Origin: Octopus sinensis
Taxonomy: Eukaryota
NCBI RefSeq assembly: GCF_006345805.1
Contig: NW_021836835.1
Coordinates: 7,983-71,982 of the forward strand
Reading direction: 5' to 3'
DNA: 64,000 nt
Position numbers and translations under genes: made by a program. Shown here in pieces: positions 52,572 through 64,000 of this stretch. Below the pieces are notes generated by a model. That model was not told where the DNA came from. It searched no databases and worked only from the letters and a program-made list of their open reading frames with translations. How positions within the stretch are numbered: position 1 is the stretch's first letter; every line of letters begins with the position of its first letter.

Positions 52572-53316
52572 GTGTGTGTATGTATGTGTGTGTGTATGTA
52601 TGTGTGTGTGTTTGTGTGTGTGTGTGTATTCTTTTATTGTTTCTGTTCGTTTCAGTTATTTGACTGCGGCCATGCTTGAGCACCGCCTTTAGTCAAACAA
52701 ATCGACCCCGGGGCTTATTCTTTGTAAGCCTAGTACTTATTCTATCGCTCAGTTTTGCCGAACCATTAAGTTACAGGGACGTAAACGTACCAACCGGATT
52801 TTTGATCATCACGATGCATCGCCAGCGACTCCCTGAAATCCCCGTTGAGAAATCTATTATATATATAATAATACTTTCAATGTGACTCCCGAGAAAGAGT
52901 AAAAGTAATTATCCGATGAACGACAGGTATTACTGCTAGTATTAATATATATCAGTATTATATATTAATGATTTTAATGTATAAATATACTGTATTCACA
53001 TTAAAAGTTAATTTGGACACTAAAAGCCATTCTAATTAATAGTCAATCCAATATACATTAGCGGCGATAATGAATTTTTCGTAGACTGCTTTATTGATTT
53101 ATATAATAATACTGATGAAACATGAATACTCATACTTAAACACACACAGACACACACATAGAAGCACATATGCATATAAGGAACGCATGTATTAAATAAA
53201 TACATATATGATTCCATAGACATATAATGTAATAACATATTAAAATGTATGTATGTGTATATATATATGTGTTTATATATATATATGTGTATGTATGTAT
53301 GTATGTATGTATATAT

Positions 53317-53362
<46 letters not shown>

Positions 53363-53378
53363 AGATATATATATGTAC

Positions 53379-53410
<32 letters not shown>

Positions 53411-53414
53411 GTGC

Positions 53415-53486
<72 letters not shown>

Positions 53487-53564
53487 ATGTGTGTATATGT
53501 GTATATATATATATACACACACATACATGCATACATACATACACACACATACATATATATACAT

Positions 53565-53595
<31 letters not shown>

Positions 53596-53977
53596 ATACA
53601 CCACCTCTCTTTTGTACACCACCTGTCTTCGTCTTTTGTTTTTTCGTAAACTCCTTATATATATATATATATATAAAAATATTATTGAGACAAATATATA
53701 TATATATGTATATATATATAATAATATATATATATAATATATATATTATATATATATTCTTTATTCTTTTATTCTTATATGTTTCAGTCATTTGACTGCG
53801 GCCATACTGTAGCACCACGGTACAGGGTCTTGTTGTCGAAGAAATCAATTGCAGGTCGTATTCTTTGTAAATCTTGAACTTATTCTATCGAATAAGGGGC
53901 GAAAACGCACGACCATCGGTTGCCAAGTGATGGTAGTGGGGACAAATACAGACACTAAGACACACATAAATACATTC

Positions 53978-54014
<37 letters not shown>

Positions 54015-54251
54015 TGTGTATGTATGTGTGTGTGTATGTATGTGTGTGTGTATGTATGTGTGTGTGTTTGTGTGTGTGTGTGTGTATTCTTTTATTGTTT
54101 CTGTTCGTTTCAGTTATTTGACTGCGGCCATGCTTGAGCACCGCCTTTAGTCAAACAAATCGACCCCGGGGCTTATTCTTTGTAAGCCTAGTACTTATTC
54201 TATCGCTCAGTTTTGCCGAACCATTAAGTTACAGGGACGTAAACGTACCAA
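51337..54251. repeat. Tandem duplication of a ~1457-bp unit (51337-52793 and 52794-54251)
   Basis: Both units start CCGGATTTTTGATCATCACGATGC and end GTAAACGTACCAA; differences are mostly small indels and microsatellite length. Confidence 0.95.
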
Positions 54252-54313
54252 CATCGTTTGTCAAGCGATGGTCGGAGTGAAACACAGACACACAAATATA
54301 TACATATATACAT

Positions 54314-54383
<70 letters not shown>

Positions 54384-54550
54384 ATTTATATACGACAGGC
54401 TTCTTTCAGTTTCTGTCTACTAAATTCACTCACAAGGCTTTGGTCGGCCCGAGGCTATAGTAGAAGACAATTACCCCAGGTGCCACGCAGTGGGACTGAA
54501 CCCGGAACCATGTGGGTGGTAAACAAGCTATTTATCACATAGCCACTGCT
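54100..54550 (-). mobile_element. Full-length AGGAGTGGCTGTGTGG-family SINE; its 3' part is duplicated at ~52640-52793
   Basis: Tail-to-head continuity across 54251. Confidence 0.85.
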
Positions 54551-54581
54551 GCGCCCATCTATCTATCTATCTAATTATCTA

Positions 54582-54638
<57 letters not shown>

Positions 54639-54664
54639 ATGCATATATACATATATGCGTGCAA

Positions 54665-54754
<90 letters not shown>

Positions 54755-57329
54755 GGATAGATAGATATGGAGGAGAAATAGAGTAATGTAGAATGTGTTT
54801 CCATCCTTTTCTCCAATATTTGACGGTGACGCTGGAGTATCTCCCCGTTTATTTTCGTTTTCTTGGCTTGCGTAAACATATGAGTTTTCAGCTTTTGTAT
54901 GGAGTTCAGTGTTCCACTTTTATTTCTATCTCAGATACTACTCACATTACATACTTATACGTCTCTGTAAACTACTTGTTGGTTTAGTTAACTCTAAGAA
55001 AACACAACCACCATTAATAGTACTTGCAAATGTAGCCTTAAAAATGCAAAATGTATTGTGAAATCACTCTCTCTCTCTCTGTCTATCAGCCTTTCTGTGA
55101 ACTTTGTACATCGTTTGAAACTTATATTTGTATATCGATCAATATAACACTTTTTATATATTATATATCCCGTCATTAAGCCACTATTCGGGAAGGATTT
55201 AATATAAATATTCTTGGTGATAATCAGCCGGCTTATTTATATCAACTTCTATAATGATTATAATTGAGAACATGAATTGTGATATCTCCTGCTTTTGTAG
55301 GTGTTTACAAAGAAGCTACTATCACACACTTACAAAAGGAAAAATCGATAGTTATTCTTTTGTTGCTAGGATTAGGATAAAAAAATTGGAAATTGTTAAG
55401 AGTCACGGAACCCTTAAGGATCAAGTGGAAACCTCTTAATTGTCTCGATTTGAATTCATCCAAACAAGAGAGAGATCACAATAATTTGGCGAGAAATTGT
55501 AGCGTGTGATTGTCGGAGAATTCAATCTACTTATTTTCCAGATTTTCTCATTATTGGACATCCTTTCTCGTTTGGAGGAATGCAGTAAACACAAAGAATA
55601 TGTAAGATTATGTACAACGATTTCACATAGAAACGAAATAATACAAAAAAATATTTCATTTTCGGAACGCAGACTCTCGAAGCAGCTAGAGTCATAATCT
55701 AATACTTATCTTTAACATGTTCTTGAGAATGATTATTTATGTTGTAATCTTTTGTGCCCAATATTTTAAGGAACCTGTTAAACTTTTTTATGTCCTTAAC
55801 ATGTCCTTGTTACCAAAGACTGTATATATGTAATGTAGCATTTTCTAACAACCAATAATTAACGCAACCAAACTTCTACATTTGACTTTTGACAATCTTT
55901 TTCCAAAGAGTGAAACCGGTAAAGTAAATAAATATCTTTTAAAATTTCATTTTCAACCGTCTTCGTAGATATATATATATATTATATATATATCTATAAT
56001 ATATATATATATATATTGTGTGGATAGATAGAGAGAAAGAGGCAGAAAGATATAGATACATATATATTTACATATATATTATGTTATATCATATAATCAA
56101 GCGCATGCAGCACAACTGACACAGACATTGAACTTAAATGGTTCGTAGCTTATCTTATCCAACGGTACTCTTCGCCTGGACAAAGCACAAAACAATCGCT
56201 TTCCTTTCCAGCACTCCTCCACCTTCTACTCTCACCAAAACACATACGCGCACACACTGACACACACACACAAAATCACACACATTTCTGGACATTCTCA
56301 TGCACACATACGCACATACATACGCATGCACTCACTCACACATGAACATACACATTTAATTAGCAACCGACATAGCAATAAATTAAACAAACAGTGATTG
56401 TTATGAAACGTTGAATTAATTAATCGGCAACTGACATTTTATTTTGGAAGCTGACAGCATCAAGATCGATTAAGCCACAAGGATGAAGAATCGGTCTATT
56501 TAGAGATTTACGTTTAAATACGAAAAATAACTCACTTTCGCTTTTCCATTGTTTCCATTCATGTCTGCTTTACAACAAAGATTAGATCTAAATGGCGGCT
56601 GACACCTCAGCTCTCAACGAGTTCTCTACTTTCCTGGAGAAAGGAGATCTTTGTTTCTTTCATTATTGTCATCATACTCTCTAATTAAGGACTGACAAAA
56701 AAATACATACGTTCTGCTTCTTTAACCCACCAGCATTCTGGTTATTTCGTCGAATATAATGCGTATTTATTCCCATTGTTTTGAATTAAATACGTCAAAT
56801 CTCGTCTGCCACTTTATCGATTGTGTCAATCTATCATCTCTTTCATTTAGTTCGAATTTGTCCGACTTGTTTATGTTACCCATTAGATATCTGCAAAAAG
56901 TTGGTGATGATAGCAAAGTATCCCACCTTGTTCATACAGAATGGAGGACAGCAAAGTCTACTTTCGTGGGATTTGGGATTAACACGTAAAGGGGAAAAGC
57001 TAGAGTTAAGCGAGATTTAAGGTTTTTTTCGCCAGAAGTCGAACTCACGATACAAGAGTATCCAAATGCCAGACAATATAGCATTTAGCTGTGATGGTAT
57101 GTCTAAATTCTTGACCCGTTCGTCTGAATACTGTTGCGTTCAGTTGTGTTTGTTTCAGTGTTATTGGTAATTTATCTGGGAGTTTTAACTGCACGTTGTA
57201 GCAGGTAGGTGCTTCCAGTGCCCTTTTCATACATATATATATATATTGTGTGTGTGTGTGTGTATCTATTCTTGTACGAGTGGTGATGTACCTCTCCGAG
57301 TGTATATTGCTAACAGCGACAATGTAAGA

Positions 57330-57565
57330 TAAAATGACGGGTTGAATTCTGAGACCATTTAAAAACATGGCAGAACGAAACCGTTTTACACCCTTGAAAA
57401 ACATCCATACCCACTCGCCTGGAATACAGCTACGAGTTATGATCATCAGAAAGCGTCAAATTGAAAGCAGAACACAAGACAATACAACGCTATTATGTTA
57501 AGGAAATCGCTGTGGGGCTAAAGAGGAGCAACTGGGAGAGGCTAAATGAACCGAGACCCTACTGT
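57330..57565 (+). mobile_element. CR1/L2-type LINE, RT C-terminal fragment
   Basis: KMTG*ILRPFK...RLEYSYEL*S...IQRYYVKEI.GLKRSNWERLNE matches the GWILR.F...LEY...WSP...VQR.FT..I.G....YWERL pattern. Confidence 0.6.
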
Positions 57566-57839
57566 ATGTATGTATGTATGTATGTATGTATGTGGTCATC
57601 TGGTCAGAATGAAGGATTCCAGGATGCCAAAACAACTCTCTTTTATGGATTGCATGTGGTGCATGTTTGTGGGAATGGATGTGTGCTTAGTCCATATATC
57701 TTTATATTGCTGTATCAGGAAATAAATTAAATGCACAAATAAATGGCAGTCCAATAGGTAGGTAGGGTTACTAACGTTGTAAAATCGATTGACCCCGCAC
57801 CCTACAATCTCTTCCTCATGCGTTTTGTGTTTATGTGCG

Positions 57840-57915
<76 letters not shown>

Positions 57916-58137
57916 CGCACATAAGTGTGTGTGTACCTATAATATGTATATATATATATATCTTTCCAATTTTGTATAAATTACTAATTTATCCACATCC
58001 GGCAGCATTAGTAAGGAATTTAAAAGTCCACGTACATAGAAACATGGATATATAGATACATACATAAATACATGTATATATATATACATATAACTGACAT
58101 ATATATACATGCATAGGAAAAGAGACTGGTAATTCGC

Positions 58138-58176
<39 letters not shown>

Positions 58177-58322
58177 ATATATATATATACATATGTATAT
58201 ATATAATGTATATATGTAAGTATATATAGGTATATATATGTATGCATATATATATATATGTATTACGTATATATATATATATAAGTATATTTATATATAT
58301 GTATGTATATATAGACAGACAC

Positions 58323-58353
<31 letters not shown>

Positions 58354-58355
58354 TT

Positions 58356-58410
<55 letters not shown>

Positions 58411-58420
58411 ATAGACAGAC

Positions 58421-58538
<118 letters not shown>

Positions 58539-58737
58539 TGCCAGCCATAATATACATTTCCACGGAGTAAAAATATATTAATATGTAGCATCATTTTTCT
58601 TAATTATGGAATCTTTTCCTCATTTTTCTCTCTTCATCTCCATCGGATTCCGTCATGCTGGTTTATTCAATTTTTCATCGTTTTGTTGCATGTGTGAAGG
58701 AAGCCACCTTGTTATTGATCTCAGCAAACTTAACAGC

Positions 58738-58774
<37 letters not shown>

Positions 58775-59439
58775 TCTTATTAGTGGCCAACCGTTTCTTC
58801 TCCTTTAGCTATTTAAACGTTTGATATATTGCCTGCTTTTGCTGCTTCAATTATTCTTATATATTACATACGATATACAGTTTATACACAAACACACAGA
58901 CAGGGATATGCATACACACCCTAACACGGTCACACACACACACGCACACACTCACACTCACACACATTTGTTTATGTATGTCTACATATATAAGAACTTT
59001 ATCTATATGCATACATTTCTATGCGCATGCATAGCTGTATGGTTATAAATGTGCTTTGCAGCCACATCGTTTCTGGTTCAATCCCACTGCGATGAGAGAT
59101 GAGTGTATATTTCCCTTGATAACAATTAACACGGAAAAAATAGATAACATTAACATTCACAAAAAAACTATCCCTCCTCTTTCTATAGGCTACTTCTGAT
59201 GTTATATCATATAACGTTTTTTCAAACAATATTAATAGCGTTCAGTAAATCACCATACATACCCATCCATCATTTTCTGTTAAAATGTCTTATTGACGAG
59301 TTTCATTTCTTCACTTCCCTGAAGAGAAGATTACATTGCTTTACACCTTTTATTCTTTTGAATAATATCAGTGAAATCTTCGAAAAATGTGTCGGAAGTA
59401 AAAGTATTTGACTTATACCTTCGTTAAACTCCATTTATT

Positions 59440-59507
<68 letters not shown>

Positions 59508-60277
59508 GAAATGAAGTAATCAGAAGATCCTCTGATTACCTCATTTCTTCTAATATATAATACCTGTACATCATCTCCAAACCTTCCAATATATAATATA
59601 TATATATATAAAAGTACAAAGTGAGATAGGGGTTATGAGTGTAACCACTATGGGTATCATTTATTCCAATATACTGCCAGTGAAGTACCCAAAAGGCTAT
59701 TACATAAGCTAAGAATTGCAATGCAATTAATTCATTTATTGTATTATATGGGCGAAGGTAAAATGTTTTACCTCAAATTCTAATACAAAATAAGAAAATG
59801 GAGGAATAGATTCCTTTCAATCATCAACTTACAGATAATACCAATTCATATAATTTATTAACTAATTAAATAGGAACATCCAAATCCAACAGAATAAAAC
59901 AATATACATCAATAAGTAAGATAATACCAAAAAATAATACATATAAAATGGATATTACAGTTGTTTCAGCCTGTAGATAAGGGTATCTCATTATGCCAAT
60001 ATTAGTCAGATGTATTGAGGTAATATGTAGTTTAAAATGAGTTACTTATATATATATCTCAAGGCCTCGTCAGAGATTATAAAGAACAATTGTGAAGATA
60101 TAAAATGAATATGTAAAATGCAAATATAAATATGAAAATGCCTATCGAGATCATGGGAATAACTTCTTTTGTTACAATACATTTGGTTTTAGCTAGGAAT
60201 TGCTTTATTAAATTTCTAAAATTGATATCAAACACCTCTCACAGTTTGTACGTACATCCATACAAACATACACACTC

Positions 60278-60856
60278 AGGCATGGCTGTGATGTAACAAG
60301 GTTGTTGCTTTCTAACCACAAGAGTTCGAAATCAGCCCCACTGCGTATCAACTTGAGCAAATGTCGTACATATATCCCCCGGATCGAGCAAAGTCGCGTG
60401 AGTAGATTTCCTAGACGGAAAATGAAAGAAGTCCGTTGTACATAAATGTTTATGAATGTTCGCACCCTTGTGTTTTGTGTGTGTGTGTGTATGTGTGTGT
60501 GTGTGTGTATGTGTTTTGTGTGTGTGTGTGTATGTGGTGTGTTGTGTATGTGTTTATGTGTGTGTGTGTTTTGTGTTGTGTGTGTGTTGTGTGGTATGTG
60601 TGTGGTGTTTGTGGTGTGTGTGTATGTGTTTATGTGTGTGTGTGTGTGTGTGTGTGTGGTATGTGTTTATGTGTGGGTGTGTATGTGTGGTGTATGTGTT
60701 TATGGTGTGTGGTTTGGTGTGTGTGTTGTTTGTGTGTATGTGTGTGTGTGTTTGTGGGTGTGTGTGTATGTGTTTATGTGTGTGTGTGTGTGTGTATGTG
60801 TTTATGTGTGTGCGAGTGTGTGTGTGTGTATGTGTTTATGTGTGTGTGAGTGTTTG

Positions 60857-60887
<31 letters not shown>

Positions 60888-60986
60888 ATGTGTGTGTGTG
60901 TGTGTGTGTTGTGTGGGTTATGTGTTGTGTTGTTTGTTGTGTGTTGTGTGTGTTTATGTGTGTGTGTGTGTGTGTGTATGTGTTTA

Positions 60987-61017
<31 letters not shown>

Positions 61018-61050
61018 TTATGTGTGTGTGTGTTTGTGTGTGTGTGTGTT

Positions 61051-61083
<33 letters not shown>

Positions 61084-61169
61084 GTATGTGTTTATGTGTG
61101 TGTGTGTTTGTGTGTGTGTGTGGTGTGTTGTGTGTGTGGTGGTATGTGTTTATGTGTGTTTGTGTTGTG

Positions 61170-61234
<65 letters not shown>

Positions 61235-61243
61235 ATGTGTTTA

Positions 61244-61276
<33 letters not shown>

Positions 61277-61801
61277 GTGTTGTGTGTGTGTGTTGTGATG
61301 TGTTTATGGTGTTTTGTGTTTGTTGTGTGTGTGGGTTTGTTGTGTGTGGTTGTGTGTGTGTGTGTGTGTGTGTTTGTGTGTGTGTGTGGTGTGTGTGTTT
61401 GGTGTGTGTGTGTGTGTGTGTATGTGTTTATGTGTGTGTGTGTTTGTGTGTGTTGTTGTGTTTGTGTTTGTGTGTGTGTGTTGTGTGTGTATGTGTTTAT
61501 GTGTGTTGTGTTGTGTTTTGGTGTGGTGGTGTGTTTGTGTGTGTGTGTGGTGTGTGTGTATGTGTTTATGTGTGTAGTGTTTATGTGTGTGTGTGTTTTG
61601 TGTGTGTGTGTGTGTGTGTTTGTGTGGTGTGTGTGTGTATGTGTTTATGTGTGTTTGTGTGTGTGTGTGTGTGTGTGTATGTGTTTATGTGTGTATGTGT
61701 TTATGTGTGTGTGTGTTTGTGTGTGTGTGTGTATGTGTGTGTGTGTTTGTGGTGTGTGTGTTGTGTGTGTGTGTGTATGTGTTATGTGTGTATGTGTTTA
61801 T

Positions 61802-61841
<40 letters not shown>

Positions 61842-61849
61842 TGTGTTGG

Positions 61850-61894
<45 letters not shown>

Positions 61895-61936
61895 TCTTTT
61901 TGTGTGTGCATGTACCCCAACCACCGCTTGACAACT
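60278..61936 (+). mobile_element. One AGGAGTGGCTGTGTGG-family SINE whose internal microsatellite has expanded to a ~1.45-kb (GT)-rich array
   Basis: 5' part to GAAAGAAGTCCGTTGTAC (~60442), array 60470-61908, resumes CCCCAACCACCGCTTGACAAC. Confidence 0.75.
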
Positions 61937-62370
61937 AGAAAGCAACCTCAGCATTCTAGCCTCATAGTGTTTCAACTTGTTTGGCGAGCGCTTGGCATGG
62001 TTCCAGCGATTCTCTCTCGTCACACCGAAAAAAGCTGACCACGTACTTGGGACCGAATGCCTTAATGCACAACTCTTCTGACGGCGTATTCCGAAACCAC
62101 AAGGTCCTTTGCAATGCTTCCGACTGACTTTCTGGGGGGTTTTTTATCGATTATTTCTTGGACGTTTTGTTCAAAGTTATGTGTTCTAATTGTATTAAGA
62201 CTCTGGACAGGCATTTTATGTTAAGCTGTTTGTGTTGGAAACCCTTCGGTTCCTTCCAGCTCCTTTCGAACTTTGACAACGAAGGATTGGACAACGTTCA
62301 GAAAGCAAGCGATCGCTTTATCGCTACGCTGAGATTTTAAGGCAACGATTGCAGTGTGTCTCAATCTGCT
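61937..62370 (-). mobile_element. Tc1/mariner transposase N-terminal remnant, maT (DD37D)-like
   Basis: RHTAIVALKSQRSD..IA.FLNV..SFVVKVRKELE...FEQNVQEIIDKKP...IAKDLVVSE..VRRVVH...TRENRWNHAKR..NKLKH. Confidence 0.6.
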
Positions 62371-62551
62371 GTCTGATATTATTTATATGGAAATGAAGAC
62401 AGCAAAAACATTGTCCTCAAAAATTTGACGTACTATATATTATATATATATTATATATATATGTATATATATATATTTGCATTTATGTATGTATGTATGT
62501 ATGTTGTATATAAATGAGTGTGTACAAATATAATAGACACACATACGTATT

Positions 62552-62584
<33 letters not shown>

Positions 62585-62602
62585 CTGTTGTGTGCGTGTA
62601 GT

Positions 62603-62641
<39 letters not shown>

Positions 62642-63650
62642 GTATATATATATATATGTACATATGTATATATATATATATGCATATATATATGTATGCA
62701 TGCATGTATGTATGTATATATGTTTGTGTGTGTATGTATGTATGTATGTATGTATGTATGTATGTATGTACGTATGTATGTATATATGTATGTGTGTTTG
62801 TGTGTGCGCACTCACAAACACACTCGCACGTATATCTATTCGTCCATTACCAATCAGTGATATTTCTTTCTCTTCGGAATGTTTGATGATATTACATCAC
62901 GCGATAGACACATGTAGAGGAAACATAATCAAAACAATTTCCCATTAGTCATTAATTTTTTTTTTTTTTTTTTTTGTGGTGGGGGTTCCATGGGACTGAA
63001 GTGTAGGAAAGGGGTTGCGCTCGATTTTGTTTTCACTGTCCCTCCCAAGCTGTGAGATAGCTTCCATTAATATTCCTAGCATCAACAATCGACAAACGAT
63101 AACTACCAACCAAACCTCACTACCAACCTCTTGCCTTGAGGGGGTAAAAAAGAAAGAACTGATTCGACATTTCTGTCCTTCGTACACGACAACTGTTTTT
63201 CTGCGCTTGCCATTATTTAGGCCGGCATTTGAGTGTATATTTCCGATAATTATATTACGATCAGTTTTCGATTACTTCGATCTCCAGCCGATTTATTTGT
63301 GAGTATGTACATGGTAAATGTCTGGTTTATTTAGATGATTCGAGCAACGGTTCCTAGTGAATTAAATACTACCCACTAAGGAGCGTAAGTGCTATAAAGG
63401 GAACAGTGGACTATGTGTGAACTTTAAGTTTTGGACGTTGATACGTACCAGAAATATTTTAAGCAGACGTTTGGCAAATTTTAAAAGAATGGTTAAGAAA
63501 CACTTGTTTCGGACGCTACTAAGTATCCAAATATATTTTAAGTGGAACGTTCGGCAAATTATTTTTAAATGTTTGGAAAATATTCTGTTTAGATATAAAT
63601 GCTCCTAGTTTTGAATTTAGACTAGTGTCGTATAAGTTCTTAATTAATAA

Positions 63651-63899
63651 AACTCATCTCCTGATAATGATAATCTCCGGAGATCAAACATATCAAAACG
63701 TTGTAGAGGTATATATAATGCAAATATGTATTCTATGGAAGAACTTTATAATCCAGAATGTCCGAATGTCAATGAAAGAAGCTGTAAGATATCTCGCCGC
63801 AGGTTACAGAGTGTAGTAGCAAGTTTCGAAGGTAGAAGTAGTGAATGGACTTTTTCTTCTGGTCCCATTTACTCCAAAGAAGCGGTTGCCTTAACGTAA
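63651..63899 (+). other. 82-codon stop-free frame, possibly an RTE-like LINE C-terminal remnant
   Basis: LRRSNIS...SMEELYNPECPNV...ISRRRLQ loosely resembles the RTE NEELY...RRL motif. Confidence 0.25.
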
Positions 63900-64000
63900 T
63901 TCTCTCCTACAATTAACGTGATACGGAGTGTGAAAAATGGTTGGGGATGAAACTTTATATTATAAGTACACTCCATCAAAATAGGCTTCCTAAAATATAT

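Noticed and set aside
60436-62038. 530-aa Cys/Val-rich ORF (metallothionein- or keratin-like appearance)
   Set aside because: Pure (GT)n-derived translation inside a SINE

Overview
Repeat-saturated eukaryotic DNA, AT-rich and dense in microsatellites. The tRNA-derived SINE families and repeat landscape point to an octopus or another coleoid cephalopod (inference). The one host gene I can support is missed by the ORF track because it is spliced. Two + strand exons (216-287 and 5084-5237, 4.8-kb GT-AG intron) join in frame and encode the C-terminal part of a secreted precursor ending in an 8-Cys knottin of the agatoxin-like peptide (ALP) type: ...DSSDVDRRAVRYDKLSRFLRINNRGKSKSHKNSCSKWQMACTTSSKRPDARCCSGLVCKCNIWGANCRCDDTLG*. 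The rest is mobile DNA: at least three tRNA-SINE families; mariner, Tc1, maT and hAT remnants and MITEs; fragments of Tx1/L1, Dong/R4, CR1/L2 and Penelope retroelements; a U6 snRNA pseudogene; a 1.46-kb tandem duplication; and long simple repeats that account for nearly all listed ORFs. Structural points worth checking are a hammerhead-like motif in a Penelope-type terminal repeat, a 188-bp Tc1 foldback, an inferred ~1.8-kb inversion that would restore two different LINEs, and a CCAAT-rich promoter-like island.
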